A DNA stretch of 64,000 nucleotides from Alkalispirochaeta sp. (GCA_965601925.1 OZ271854.1:3872001-3936000), one strand, 5' to 3'; numbered from the stretch's first letter, positions 1 to 9,981 are shown. A program made the numbers and translations. The notes: generated by a model from the letters alone, not told the origin.

Positions 1-538
1 CCGATCCGTGCTCTGTGTGACTCACCTCGGGGTGAAACTGGAGTCCCGCGAAGTTCAGGGCCGGCACCGAGATGACGGCGGGAACACCGTGGGTCGTGGC
101 GGCGACCTCGCGACCTCCCTCGGGAAGGCGACGGATCGCGTCGCTATGGCTCATCCACGACAAAAAGGTGTTGCCCAGTCCGTCAAGGAGCGGATGCCGT
201 GTGACGACGTCGATCGGCGCCGGACCGTACTCCCGCATGTGCGAGGAGGCTACCTCTCCGCCGCCCAGATACGCCGTTACCTGGAGACCGTAACAGATAC
301 CGAGAAGCGGTAGTCCCGACCGATAGATCGCGGGGTCGGGGCGTGGTGAGTCGACGTCGTGGACCGAGGCGGGAGATCCCGAGAGAATGATTCCCTTGAC
401 GGTCTTGTCGAACCATTCGGTCATACGGGTCGTTCCGGGGACTATTTCTGCGTATACACCGCGCTCGCGTATCCGGCGGCCGATGAGATGTGTCGTCTGA
501 CTGCCGAAGTCGAGGATTACGAGGCGATCGATCGTCAT
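1..538 (-). CDS. guaA: GMP synthase (glutamine-hydrolysing), N-terminal part; runs off the window edge
   Basis: Not in the ORF track. Manual translation from ATG 538 gives MTIDRLVILDFGSQTTHLIGRRIRE..GIILSGSP..LLGICYGLQ..WMSHSD..LQFHPEV (class I GATase Cys/His/Glu). ATGA overlap with the purA stop. Confidence 0.95.
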   Translation of the reverse strand, partial: MTIDRLVILDFGSQTTHLIGRRIRERGVYAEIVPGTTRMTEWFDKTVKGIILSGSPASVHDVDSPRPDPAIYRSGLPLLGICYGLQVTAYLGGGEVASSHMREYGPAPIDVVTRHPLLDGLGNTFLSWMSHSDAIRRLPEGGREVAATTHGVPAVISVPALNFAGLQFHPEVSHTEHGS

Positions 539-1779
539 CGAGTCTTACTCCAGAGATCGCTGCGGACGATCGTCTGTTTTCGCTCGTAACCCACGGAGAC
601 GATGTCGATCGGCACTCCGACGTACGATTCTATGAAGGCGATATAGTCTTTTGCCGCCTTGGGTAACTCGTCGAAGCGTTCGACCCCGCCGATCGATTGC
701 TTCCATCCGACGAAGCGGCGCGTCACCGGGCGAGCGCGTTCGAGCGTCTGAATCGACGAGGGGAAGTAGTCCAGCGTCGCCTCGTCGGTCTCGTAGGCGA
801 TACAGACGCGCACCTCCTCAAGGTTATCGTACACGTCCAGATGCGTGAGGGCCAACGCATCGATCCCGTTTGTCTGACACGCGTACCGAAGGGCGACTAA
901 ATCGAGATACCCCACGCGTCGCGGTCGACCGGTCGTCACACCGTACTCGCGTCCCGTTTCGCGGATATAGTGTTCCAGATCCCCGTCTCGGCGCGGGTCG
1001 AACTCGCTCGGAAAAGGTCCGTTTCCCACACGGGTGCTGTAGGCCTTACATACGCCGACGACGTGATCGAGGTTCCGCGGACCGAGTCCCGAGCCGCTTG
1101 CGGCTCCCGCCGCGGACGAGCTGCCGCTTGAAACATACGGGTAGGTGCCGACATCTATGTCGAGAAGCGCCCCCTGGGCTCCCTCGAGAAGAACGTGCGT
1201 CGAGTCCGCCTCGCTTCGACCGGTATGCATGAAGGCTGCGACATCGACTGCCATATCGTCGAGGCGCTTGCGGTATCGCGCGATAAACTCTCGGTCCTCC
1301 TCGCTGTGCTCGGCGAGTTGCTCCTGCCACCCGAGATCGGCGATACGAATCCCGTCTCGCAGGGCCTTATGCGCGTATGCAAGGCCGATACCGCGACCGG
1401 TAGTGCCGATCGGATTGCGACGTTGCGTATCGCGTTCCACATCCTCGCGCTTGTGGCTCGGTAGGACCAGATGCGCGCGGTCCGAGATGAGGACTCTGCC
1501 CTCCCACTCGACTCCGCTGTCGACGAGATCGCTCAACTCCTGAAAGAGCGCTTCGGGATCGATGACCATTCCACTACCCAAAACAACGGTCGTATCGGGG
1601 TAGACGATACCCGACGGAACCAGGTGGAGCTTGTAGGTCGTATCGTCGTGGACGATCGTGTGTCCGGCGTTTGCACCGCCGGAAAATCGTACGATGATAT
1701 CTGCCTGGGCGGACAGATAGTCGACAATTTTGCCCTTTCCCTCGTCACCCCATTGCGCACCTATTACGACTACATTCAA
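535..1779 (-). CDS. purA: Adenylosuccinate synthetase
   Basis: GAQWGDEGKGK, GGANAGHT, EGAQG, GTYPYVSS and TTGRPRR motifs. Confidence 0.97.
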   Translation of the reverse strand: MNVVVIGAQWGDEGKGKIVDYLSAQADIIVRFSGGANAGHTIVHDDTTYKLHLVPSGIVYPDTTVVLGSGMVIDPEALFQELSDLVDSGVEWEGRVLISDRAHLVLPSHKREDVERDTQRRNPIGTTGRGIGLAYAHKALRDGIRIADLGWQEQLAEHSEEDREFIARYRKRLDDMAVDVAAFMHTGRSEADSTHVLLEGAQGALLDIDVGTYPYVSSGSSSAAGAASGSGLGPRNLDHVVGVCKAYSTRVGNGPFPSEFDPRRDGDLEHYIRETGREYGVTTGRPRRVGYLDLVALRYACQTNGIDALALTHLDVYDNLEEVRVCIAYETDEATLDYFPSSIQTLERARPVTRRFVGWKQSIGGVERFDELPKAAKDYIAFIESYVGVPIDIVSVGYERKQTIVRSDLWSKTR

Positions 1780-1783
1780 ATGT

Positions 1784-3256
1784 TTAGCTCCGGGAGTAGT
1801 TTGTCGGCTGGCGGACCATCGCCACGTCGTGAACGTGACTCTCGGCCAGACCGGCCGGCGTTATCTTAACGAAGTTACGATACCGGCGCAATTCATCGAG
1901 GGTACGGCAGCCGCAGTATCCCATTCCCTTTCGCAGTCCCGTAACGAGTTGGTGAAGGTAGGGCTTGAGCTCACCCTTATACGGGACGCGTCCCTCGATC
2001 CCTTCCGGCACCGGCTCCTCCCCCTCGGCAACGTTGTAGCGGTCCCCCCCGCCCTTTTTCATCGCCGCAACGGAGCCCATGCCGCGATACGACTTGAAGA
2101 TGCGTCCTTCATAGAGGAACTCTTTCCCCGGCGCCTCCTTTAATCCGGCAAAGAGACTGCCGATCATTACCGCGTGGGCGCCCGCCGCGACGGCCTTCGT
2201 GACGTCGCCGGAGAACTTGATGCCGCCGTCGGCGATCACGGGAACCTTATATCGCCGGGCGGCGTCGACGGAGTCCATTACCGCCGACAGCTGAGGCACT
2301 CCGATTCCGGCAACGATACGCGTCGTACAGATCGATCCGGGGCCGACGCCGATCTTTATCATGTCGGCGCCCGCCTTCGCGAGGCGCTCGGTTCCCTCGC
2401 CGGTGGCGACGTTTCCTCCGATCACCGGCAGCTCCGGTCGCAGGCGTTTCACGGCGCGAATCGCCTCTACCACGTTCTTGGAGTTACCGTGCGCCGTGTC
2501 TACCACGACGAAATCGACTCGCGCGTCGACGAGGAGTGCGAGTCGGTCGTCGATATCGACGGGAGCGATCGCAGCGCCGACGAGCAGCCGTCCCGACGCA
2601 TCGGTAGCGGCGTTGGGAAAGAGACGATGTTTCTCCATATCCTTGACCGTAATGAGCCCGGTGAGACGCCCGTCGCTGTCGACGACGGGAAGCTTCTCGA
2701 TTTTGTGCTCGTTGAACTTCTCCTGAGCGCTTTCGATGGTTGGTGTGCCGACCTCTACGACCGGGTTGCGAGTCATGACCTCCTCGACGCGTCGATGTCC
2801 GTCCGGGACGAATCGGAGATCGCGACTGGTGATGATACCGACGAGTCGTTCCCGTTCGATGACCGGCAGACCGGAAATACCGTGAGACTCGACGATCGAT
2901 CGAACCTCGATAATCGTCTGGTCGGGGCCCACGGTGAGCGGATCGTCGATGACCCAATTGAGGTGGCGCTTGACTCGCGTCACCTGCCGTGACTGCTCGT
3001 CCGGCGACATGTTGCGATGAATGACGCCGACGCCTCCTTCGAGCGCCAGAGCGGTCGCGAGTCCCTCCTCGGTGACCGTATCCATCGCTGCGGATATCAC
3101 CGGGATGTTGAGTTTGATGTCGGCTACGAGCTCGACGGAGATGTCGGTTTCTCCCGGAAGGAAATCGGCGTAGCCCGGCTGCAGCAGCACATCGTCGTAG
3201 CTGTATTTTTCTTGTAAGGAGTGCGGTCGACTCTGAGAATTGTCTGTGGCGTCCAT
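1784..3256 (-). CDS. guaB: IMP dehydrogenase (with CBS pair)
   Basis: [25 protein letters not shown] (catalytic Cys), IADGGI, YRGMGS. Confidence 0.97.
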   Translation of the reverse strand: MDATDNSQSRPHSLQEKYSYDDVLLQPGYADFLPGETDISVELVADIKLNIPVISAAMDTVTEEGLATALALEGGVGVIHRNMSPDEQSRQVTRVKRHLNWVIDDPLTVGPDQTIIEVRSIVESHGISGLPVIERERLVGIITSRDLRFVPDGHRRVEEVMTRNPVVEVGTPTIESAQEKFNEHKIEKLPVVDSDGRLTGLITVKDMEKHRLFPNAATDASGRLLVGAAIAPVDIDDRLALLVDARVDFVVVDTAHGNSKNVVEAIRAVKRLRPELPVIGGNVATGEGTERLAKAGADMIKIGVGPGSICTTRIVAGIGVPQLSAVMDSVDAARRYKVPVIADGGIKFSGDVTKAVAAGAHAVMIGSLFAGLKEAPGKEFLYEGRIFKSYRGMGSVAAMKKGGGDRYNVAEGEEPVPEGIEGRVPYKGELKPYLHQLVTGLRKGMGYCGCRTLDELRRYRNFVKITPAGLAESHVHDVAMVRQPTNYSRS

Positions 3257-3290
3257 GCACCATCATGACCGAAAGAGGGTTCGGTGTCTA
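3257..3290 (-). promoter_or_regulatory. Putative sigma70 promoter of guaB with an inverted repeat in the spacer
   Basis: Minus strand TAGACA-N17-CATGAT-N5-ATG; ACCGAA-N6-TTCGGT at 3268-3285. Confidence 0.5.
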
Positions 3291-3333
3291 CGAGAAAACG
3301 CGCCCTTTCCGACTGCCGATACGGGTCGCTATC

Positions 3334-3370
3334 TTGGCCGACCACGTGAGAACGTGTCATAATTCTTACT
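3334..3370 (+). promoter_or_regulatory. Putative leaderless sigma70 promoter of the adhesin-like gene
   Basis: TTGGCC-N18-CATAAT (TG extension)-N7-ATG, no SD. Confidence 0.5.
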
Positions 3371-4942
3371 ATGGTGATGAGAAAGCTCTCCCGATTCGCC
3401 TTCACGCGTCATCGGGCGGCGATTCTGTTCGTGTGTGCAATGATCTACGGTTTGACGAGTTGTAGCGAAGCGGACTCAACCGCGCCGGTCGTTCGGGGGC
3501 GCCATATCGTGCCCGAGGCGGGAAACGGTATCGTCGTGGCGCGCCACGGCACGACCGACCTGTCGATTCAGGATCAGGATGAGAGCGTCGTGCCCAGAGT
3601 GCGCCTCGATGATGATCTCCTGTTCATCAGCGCGCTGGACGTCAATCTCGATATCGACGAGCCGGAGGAGCAGATCGTCGTGGTCAAACGGCGCGACGAC
3701 GCCGAAGATCGCGTGAGCCTACTCATAACCGACTTCGATACGCTGCGTAGCACCTATCGAGTCACATGGGAGGGGACGACGCGTGCCACCAACGTCCGCA
3801 CCTTCGCGGTGTACACCATGGACTTGATTGGTGACCATTTGGACGAAATCGTTACCGTCGGTACCGACGCCGACGGGAATCAGACGATGAATGTCTTCCG
3901 ACGTCGGCAGGCGGGAACGCTCGATCCCGGTTTGGCATATCGTGAGATCTTCACTGCGTCGAGCGACGGAAGTATCGAGATCGACGATCTGCCCCGTTCC
4001 GGTGCGTATCGCACGCTTCAGAGCGACGGTGTCAGCTTTCCCATTCAGGTCTTCGAGCGCAACGAGACGACCGAGACGCCGCTCGATTTGATCCAAACGA
4101 TTTGGGTATGGCGCGTTCCCGAGAATCGGTACGTACGGAGCGAAGTGGTACCCATTCCGGCGATGCAGATCGAGGAGACGCAACTGCGCGAACTCTACAA
4201 CGCCGAGGCCGACGAGATGGAACGCTTTCTCGAGGGTCCGTGGTTTCGTACTACCGGCGAGGATTTAACGGAGCGGGCGGAGCTCGCCTACTTCGATCCC
4301 CAGACGCGGGAGGTGGTCCTGTCTAGAGGCGACACGCAGGAGCGGTTCGAGTGGCTCAACTCGTACAAAACACTCTATGCCGGCGGACCCGGATTGTGGA
4401 TCAATCTACGAAATGAGGTGCTGAGTACCGTGCGCCGACAGCTGTCGATTACCGTGCACGGGCTCGAGACCATCTCACTCTCGGACGACGGAGCCGAATA
4501 TTGGACCGGGCGATACCAACGCATGACTCCCGGCATTCAGTCGAGCGTCGTGCGTGATCACACCCTCGGAACACCGTCCTTTGAGCTATCCGGTGTCTTC
4601 CGGAACGAAAACGACGCCGAACTCCTTTTAAATCGACCCCATTTTCGTCTTCGAACACCCGACTTCGATTGGAGCGGAGGCTTTAACATCATTCAGCTCA
4701 CCGAACCGGTGCTGGAGCTCAAGGTGACGGACGCCGATTCGACCCCGGCGGCGGCGCGTATGCGCAACGACGGTACGTTCAGCGTGCGGTACGCAATGGG
4801 TTATACGGAACAGCGCTCGGAGGAACGGCTGGTCCGACGCCTCGCTCTGGAGCCGGTAGAGCTGACCGCCGACGGGCTGGAACACACCGGCGGTGTCTCG
4901 TTCGTGTTGGAACAGGTCGAGGAGCTCGACGTACAGTCGTAG
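3371..4942 (+). CDS. Lipoprotein, probable pallilysin-related adhesin family
   Basis: Basic N-terminus, hydrophobic stretch and LTSC lipobox; NLDIDEPEEQ and DLIGDHLDEI acidic loops; overall resemblance to spirochaete pallilysin-related proteins (from memory). Confidence 0.6.
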   Translation: MVMRKLSRFAFTRHRAAILFVCAMIYGLTSCSEADSTAPVVRGRHIVPEAGNGIVVARHGTTDLSIQDQDESVVPRVRLDDDLLFISALDVNLDIDEPEEQIVVVKRRDDAEDRVSLLITDFDTLRSTYRVTWEGTTRATNVRTFAVYTMDLIGDHLDEIVTVGTDADGNQTMNVFRRRQAGTLDPGLAYREIFTASSDGSIEIDDLPRSGAYRTLQSDGVSFPIQVFERNETTETPLDLIQTIWVWRVPENRYVRSEVVPIPAMQIEETQLRELYNAEADEMERFLEGPWFRTTGEDLTERAELAYFDPQTREVVLSRGDTQERFEWLNSYKTLYAGGPGLWINLRNEVLSTVRRQLSITVHGLETISLSDDGAEYWTGRYQRMTPGIQSSVVRDHTLGTPSFELSGVFRNENDAELLLNRPHFRLRTPDFDWSGGFNIIQLTEPVLELKVTDADSTPAAARMRNDGTFSVRYAMGYTEQRSEERLVRRLALEPVELTADGLEHTGGVSFVLEQVEELDVQS

Positions 4943-4968
4943 ACCGATGGCCCGTTCCGCTGTACGAG

Positions 4969-6063
4969 CTACCGGCCGAAGATGAGAAATCCCTCTATGC
5001 CGCGTTCCTTGAGCGTTACGACCAGCTCCTGAGCGTCGTCTACATCGGACTGCGCCGGGAGCGGCACCACCACACGGTAAAATGTGCCGTCATTCGTCTG
5101 AACATCCCGCACCTCCGCTTCGAATCCGAGCGCCGCGATATCCTCGACCATGTAGCGCGCATTTTCGGCGTTACGGAAGCTCCCGGTCTGTATTCCCGCA
5201 ACGTGAGGCGCCGCCGCCTCGTCCGCCGTGGCCGTCTCTGTCGCGGTCCGGGGCGGCTCTGCCGGACGCTCTCGCGTCGGCGTCGCGCCGAATAGTCTCG
5301 AAGGGCTCGGTAGGAAGCGTATTGCGGAGTCCGAACTCTCGTCGATCAGTGCCCGTTCCGGTGAGATCCGAGATGGGTCGCCGAGCAAACGAGCGCTCCA
5401 CTCCTGCACGGCAGGCTCATCGAGCGCCACGGCCAACTCATACAGCAAAAAGAGCGTCTCCGGTTCCACCAGCGACGGATCGGCCGCTTGCTCCGACTGT
5501 GCGTCTGAGGCGTATCCGGCAAGGGCCCGAGCGTGGTTGAATGCGCGCTGTGTCTCGCCTCCCAGGTGGAGGGCTCTGGCGCGTAGTAACGCCGCGCGGC
5601 GCTGCGTCGAGCGATCGGCGGACAGATTTACTACCGCGGTCAGACGCGATACGCTGCCTTCGACGTCGCCCGCCTCGAGTGCGAGCGCCGCGTCCCGAAT
5701 CGCCGCCTCCCAAAGAGTCGGATCTTCATCAAAGGCTCGAGCGTACAACTGTCGCGCCCGCTCGTATCGATTGGTTAACTCGTACACTACGCCGGCGCGA
5801 AGCAGAACAACGCCCCGCTGCCGGTAGTCGGGCACCTGCGGTAGGTACGTGTCGAGAAGATCCGCGGTCTCATTCACCGTCGGCGCGAGTGATATTGCGT
5901 CGGCCAAGACCGTGCCGAACTCCGGGCTGTCGGAGTTTTGGGCGAGCCACCGAACGGCTTGGTCGTAGGTCTCCACGCGTTGCGCCGTGACGGAGGGCGC
6001 CGACAGAGTAATCAGGAGCGGGATCAACATCGTTTCGGTCCAACGCCGTGCGTTCATCCTCAT
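4969..6063 (-). CDS. Exported TPR-repeat protein with C-terminal SPOR (peptidoglycan-binding) domain
   Basis: IQTGSFRNAENA..YRVVV SPOR motif; TPR-like helices; signal peptide. Start moved to ATG 6063, which has GGGAG upstream. Confidence 0.8.
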   Translation of the reverse strand: MRMNARRWTETMLIPLLITLSAPSVTAQRVETYDQAVRWLAQNSDSPEFGTVLADAISLAPTVNETADLLDTYLPQVPDYRQRGVVLLRAGVVYELTNRYERARQLYARAFDEDPTLWEAAIRDAALALEAGDVEGSVSRLTAVVNLSADRSTQRRAALLRARALHLGGETQRAFNHARALAGYASDAQSEQAADPSLVEPETLFLLYELAVALDEPAVQEWSARLLGDPSRISPERALIDESSDSAIRFLPSPSRLFGATPTRERPAEPPRTATETATADEAAAPHVAGIQTGSFRNAENARYMVEDIAALGFEAEVRDVQTNDGTFYRVVVPLPAQSDVDDAQELVVTLKERGIEGFLIFGR

Positions 6064-6076
6064 TGGAACACTCCCA

Positions 6077-6427
6077 CTACGAATCGGTGTTCGCCTTGTC
6101 CGGCTCTGCGTCGCGCGATTTTCCATCTCCCGTGCCCCGACGTTTGCGCTTCAGGAGCGGCTTTTTGCTGCGCGGCCGTTTCTTGGCAGCGTTTTTCGCG
6201 GCGCGTTTCTCGGACTGGACGCGCGTTTTTCGGGAAGACGCTCGAACCGCGATCGGCAACGCCACGGCAACGCCGATGAAAAACGACACGAAGAGGCTCA
6301 TGAATATCGGAACACTCTCGATGGTGGCGAAGCCGAACGATATGTCGGTAGTGTTGCCGATATTAAGCCACACAAAGGCGAGAACGAGACCCAATAAAAC
6401 CAGATAGAATACCAACTTCCAAGGCAT
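6077..6427 (-). CDS. LapA/DUF1049-like small membrane protein with Lys/Arg-rich tail
   Basis: Two hydrophobic segments around 'N..DISFGF..VP', followed by a basic tail. Confidence 0.65.
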   Translation of the reverse strand: MPWKLVFYLVLLGLVLAFVWLNIGNTTDISFGFATIESVPIFMSLFVSFFIGVAVALPIAVRASSRKTRVQSEKRAAKNAAKKRPRSKKPLLKRKRRGTGDGKSRDAEPDKANTDS

Positions 6428-6441
6428 ACGCGTTCCCTCTA

Positions 6442-7683
6442 TTAATGTCGAAAGCTTCGCTGGCCGGTAAAGACCATTGTCGCGTCGTATTCGTTCACGG
6501 CCTGTATCACCTCTCCGTCGCGGAGCGCACCGCCGGGCTGCACTATGGCGCCGACGCCTTCCTTCAACCCCACTTCCGCGCCGTCGCGAAACGGGAAAAA
6601 GGCGTCCGACACCATCGTAGCACCAACGAGCCCCCCCCGCTCTCGTTCCGCGGTGGCGTAATAGCGACGCTGTTCTTCGGCGTCGGTTATCTCCTCGATG
6701 CCGCGGCCCGTTTCCTCGTAGGCGATGACGTCGGCGAGCCGCCGATACGCCTTATCGCGGGCTATGCGCGCCACACCGACGCGATCCTGCTCTCCCGTCC
6801 CGATCGCGACGGTACAGCGATCCTTGACGTATATGACCGAGTTACTGGTGACGCCGCTCTCGACAAACCACCCGAAACGCATGTCGCGCTCTTCGGCCTG
6901 TGTAGGGGGTCGCTGTACCGTGATCGGCTCGCCGTCCAAGGTTCCCACCGCCGGATCGAACCCGTGCATGTCGAGATCAATCGGCGTAAAAGACCATTGA
7001 AGGGCCAGTCCGCCGTCCATCAAGCTTTTTATGTCGACAAATCTCGTTCCTACGTAGCTCGCGAGTCGCTCCATATCGGCGATGCGCAGGACGCGCAGAT
7101 TCTTTTTCTTGGCAAAGATCGCAAGCGCGGCGGTCGAGTACTCCGGCGCGACCACCACCTCGGCGTAGTACGCTGCGATGCGTTCGGCCGTCTCGCGATC
7201 GACCTCACGATTGAGGGCGATCGCGCCGCCGAACGCCGCAATGCGGTCGGCCATGAGTGCGCGGTGGTACGCCTCCGGGAGCGAGTCCCCCAAGGCGACG
7301 CCCGACGGGTTGTTGTGCTTCACGATGACGCACGCCGCCTCGTTGTGAAAATACCGCAGTATACCCAGTGCGGCGTCGGCGTCGGTAATATTAATCTTAC
7401 CGGGATGCTTGCCGCTTTGGACGAGCTCGGCGGCCGTGGCGAGTCCGCGTCCCGGCGCGATCTGTTCAACCGCTCCCAACACGAGGTTTCCGTTGACCAA
7501 TCGATACAACGCCGCGGGCTGATCGGGATTCTCCCCGTACCGCAAGCCGCGTCGTTCTCCGTCGATTGCCCACGATACTTTCTCATACTGAAGGATTTGG
7601 CGGTCCGATCCCGAGCCGAACGAGATCGTCATCTCGGCCGGAAAGTCGTCGTGCGTCATGGTTGAGTACATACTGCGACTCAC
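6442..7683 (-). CDS. purH: AICAR transformylase domain of PurH (stand-alone gene)
   Basis: LRYGENP, KHNNPSG (catalytic KH), SNSV, SDAFFPFRDG, QPGG, FRH C-terminus. Confidence 0.9.
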   Translation of the reverse strand: MSRSMYSTMTHDDFPAEMTISFGSGSDRQILQYEKVSWAIDGERRGLRYGENPDQPAALYRLVNGNLVLGAVEQIAPGRGLATAAELVQSGKHPGKINITDADAALGILRYFHNEAACVIVKHNNPSGVALGDSLPEAYHRALMADRIAAFGGAIALNREVDRETAERIAAYYAEVVVAPEYSTAALAIFAKKKNLRVLRIADMERLASYVGTRFVDIKSLMDGGLALQWSFTPIDLDMHGFDPAVGTLDGEPITVQRPPTQAEERDMRFGWFVESGVTSNSVIYVKDRCTVAIGTGEQDRVGVARIARDKAYRRLADVIAYEETGRGIEEITDAEEQRRYYATAERERGGLVGATMVSDAFFPFRDGAEVGLKEGVGAIVQPGGALRDGEVIQAVNEYDATMVFTGQRSFRH

Positions 7684-8378
7684 GGCCGGCGCTCCTCAAC
7701 GTCGTAGATGCTTCCCCAGTCGGTGCGCGCCACGCGGTCGGCGAGAGCCTCGACGATTACCGACTCATACCGCGCCGTGTAACGGAACGCACGGAGTGCG
7801 TGGCGCGCCCTCCACCCGATCGTCGTCGCGCCGTTTTGCGCGCGGATTTCCTCCAGAAAGCTCCCGTAGTCTTGCGGGTCACATAGGGCCGCGACGCGCA
7901 GAAAGTTTTTTGCCGACGCTCTGAGCATCGTCGGGCCTCCGATATCGATGTGCGTGCGCAGATCTTCGACGGTCGTCTTTTCCTCATCCGCCGTGCGCTC
8001 GAAAGGATAAAAGTTACAGATCGTCGCGTCGAACGGAACCGCCCCGATACGCGCTATATCGCGTTCATGGGCGGGATTGAACGTCTCCGTCAAGAGTCCG
8101 ACATAAATGCGATAATCCAACGTCTTGACCAATCCGCCCTGCATCTCCGGTTGCCCGGTATAATCCGCGATGCGATGGAGCCGCGTCGCCCGCCCGAGCG
8201 CCTCTGCGACTGCGGCGATCGCGTCGTAGGTGCCTCCGGTCGAATAGACGTCCAGATTCGGTATGATCTCCCATGCGCCGCGCATCAGGTCGTCGAGACC
8301 CGTCTTGTCGGCGACGCTCACTAAGGCTCGCCGTACCGGTACCGCGTCGTTAATGCGGCGGACGCGGTTCAGTTTCAC
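7680..8378 (-). CDS. purH: IMP cyclohydrolase (MGS-like) domain of PurH (stand-alone gene)
   Basis: ALVSVADKTGL, STGGT, VKTL, NFYPF, IDIGGPTMLRASAKN. Likely start GTG 8378 (GTGA overlap with the folD stop). Confidence 0.88.
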   Translation of the reverse strand: MKLNRVRRINDAVPVRRALVSVADKTGLDDLMRGAWEIIPNLDVYSTGGTYDAIAAVAEALGRATRLHRIADYTGQPEMQGGLVKTLDYRIYVGLLTETFNPAHERDIARIGAVPFDATICNFYPFERTADEEKTTVEDLRTHIDIGGPTMLRASAKNFLRVAALCDPQDYGSFLEEIRAQNGATTIGWRARHALRAFRYTARYESVIVEALADRVARTDWGSIYDVEERRP

Positions 8379-9259
8379 CGTTCTCGCTCCTTGTGGCGTA
8401 ACTCGGCGGCGGTCACGGTGTTGAAGAGCAACATCGTCCGCGTCATGGGGCCGACGCCGCCGGGAACGGGTGTAATGGCCGAGACCGTATCGACGAGCGC
8501 TTCGAAATCGACGTCTCCGACGAGTCGATATCCCCGCTTGCGACTCGCGTCCTCCACCCGATTGACGCCGACGTCTATCACGACCGCGCCCGGTTTCACC
8601 ATGTCCGCGGTAACGAAGTGAGGAGAGCCGATCGCGGCGATGAGAATATCGGCGGATCGCGTGACGGCGGCAATGTCGGGAGTGCGCGAGTGACAGACGG
8701 TGACCGTCGCGTTGCCGCCGAGCGCCTTGCGCGCCAAGAGGGACGCTAACGGTTTTCCGACGATGTTGCTCCTTCCGATAACGACGGCGTGTTTTCCCGC
8801 CGGATCGTATCCGCTTCGTAGGAGCATCTGGATAACACCGTGAGGCGTGCACGGGAGAAGCGAGGGCAACCCGAGCACCATACGCCCCAATGAGAGGGGA
8901 TGAAACCCGTCGACGTCCTTCGAGGGATCGATCGCCTCGAGGATGCGGTCGCTTTCGATATGGTGTGGCAGGGGAAGCTGGACGAGTATCCCGTCGACCG
9001 CGGAGTCCCGGTTGAGCGTTTCCACCAACTCGAGAAGCGCGCGCTCGGAGATACTCTCCGGGAGGCGATGGTCGAAACTGACAATACCGACCCTCTCGCA
9101 ATCCGCCTCCTTGGCCGTTACGTACGAAACGCTTGCCGGATCGTTCCCCACCAGCACCACGGCAAGTCCGGGGCTGCGGGGTAATACGGCGATCCGCTCT
9201 ACGATCTCCCGTTGTATTTGAGCCGCAATTTCGTTGCCGTCGATACGCTGAGCAGACAT
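8375..9259 (-). CDS. folD: Methylenetetrahydrofolate dehydrogenase/cyclohydrolase
   Basis: GILVQLPLP, KDVDGFHP, PCTP, GRSNIVGKP, TPVPGGVGPMT. Start MSAQRIDG at 9259. Confidence 0.97.
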   Translation of the reverse strand: MSAQRIDGNEIAAQIQREIVERIAVLPRSPGLAVVLVGNDPASVSYVTAKEADCERVGIVSFDHRLPESISERALLELVETLNRDSAVDGILVQLPLPHHIESDRILEAIDPSKDVDGFHPLSLGRMVLGLPSLLPCTPHGVIQMLLRSGYDPAGKHAVVIGRSNIVGKPLASLLARKALGGNATVTVCHSRTPDIAAVTRSADILIAAIGSPHFVTADMVKPGAVVIDVGVNRVEDASRKRGYRLVGDVDFEALVDTVSAITPVPGGVGPMTRTMLLFNTVTAAELRHKERER

Positions 9260-9342
9260 AACTCGGCCAGTGTAACGTGAATGGCTGCGTGTTGTCAGTG
9301 CATAGGGCGCGTGATAGTATTGCGCCGCAAGGAGAGCTTTGA
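9260..9342. promoter_or_regulatory. Divergent promoters for folD and the OMP gene with overlapping -35 boxes
   Basis: Minus: CTGACA-N18-TACACT-N9-ATG. Plus: TTGTCA-N17-TAGTAT, then AAGGAG before TTG. Confidence 0.55.
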
Positions 9343-9981
9343 TTGTCACATGTAGCACAGCCGGTAAAACGAATAGCGCTCTTCGTTGTCGTTTTGCTTA
9401 TCATACACCTCGGCGCGGCCGCGGTCGGAGCCCAAGAGTCGGGAGAACCGAGTCCGGAAGAGGATTTCGTCCCGACCTATAGTTTGGGCGATCAGTTGAT
9501 TACGTTAGATGTCGGTATGATGTTCCCGCTCTTCTACACCGGCGGGCCCGACGGATTCCAGGACGCAAACCTCAGCTTGGGCGGCACGGGCCATCTCGCG
9601 TGGAACGCCTTTTTGAACAACAATCTGACGGTGGGCGGAGAGTTCGGCGGTATGTTCGCCTTTACGCCCAATCGCAACACCTTGTTCATGGTGCCCCTCG
9701 CGGCGCGCGTGAGCTATTTCTTGCGGGCATATCCGTTTGAGTTTCCTCTCTCGCTGTCGGCGGGTATCAACTTCAGCCGCTTTGAGGAGAGTTTCAAGGT
9801 AGACCCGCTCGTGATACCGGGCGTTGGATTCTATTGGAACTACAATGTCGAATGGGCGTTCGGTCTCAATGTCCGGTACTGGTGGGTACCGCAGATCTAC
9901 CAGGGACCCGAACCGCCCTCGGATGATACGCGCTTCGGTAACTTTCTTGCGACGACGTTATCCGTCATGTATCGGTTTTAG
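9343..9981 (+). CDS. Small outer-membrane beta-barrel, TP0733/OmpW-like
   Basis: Signal peptide, alternating amphipathic strands, 'FEFPLSL', 'YWWVPQ', 'FGNF', C-terminal YRF. Confidence 0.7.
   Translation: MSHVAQPVKRIALFVVVLLIIHLGAAAVGAQESGEPSPEEDFVPTYSLGDQLITLDVGMMFPLFYTGGPDGFQDANLSLGGTGHLAWNAFLNNNLTVGGEFGGMFAFTPNRNTLFMVPLAARVSYFLRAYPFEFPLSLSAGINFSRFEESFKVDPLVIPGVGFYWNYNVEWAFGLNVRYWWVPQIYQGPEPPSDDTRFGNFLATTLSVMYRF

Noticed and set aside
6445..7665. 406-aa antisense ORF mirroring purH (similar shadows over guaB, map, surA, atpA, pdxS, crtB, ilvB and leuC)
   Set aside because: In-register antisense shadows typical of GC-rich coding DNA; no motifs or SD
7680..9404. 574-aa ORF apparently fusing a long N-terminal region to the PurH cyclohydrolase domain (possible FolD-PurH frameshift fusion)
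   Set aside because: The extension is the Arg-rich -1 frame of folD, which stays open in high-GC3 genes. I saw no slippery site, and the GTGA overlap explains the start at 8378.
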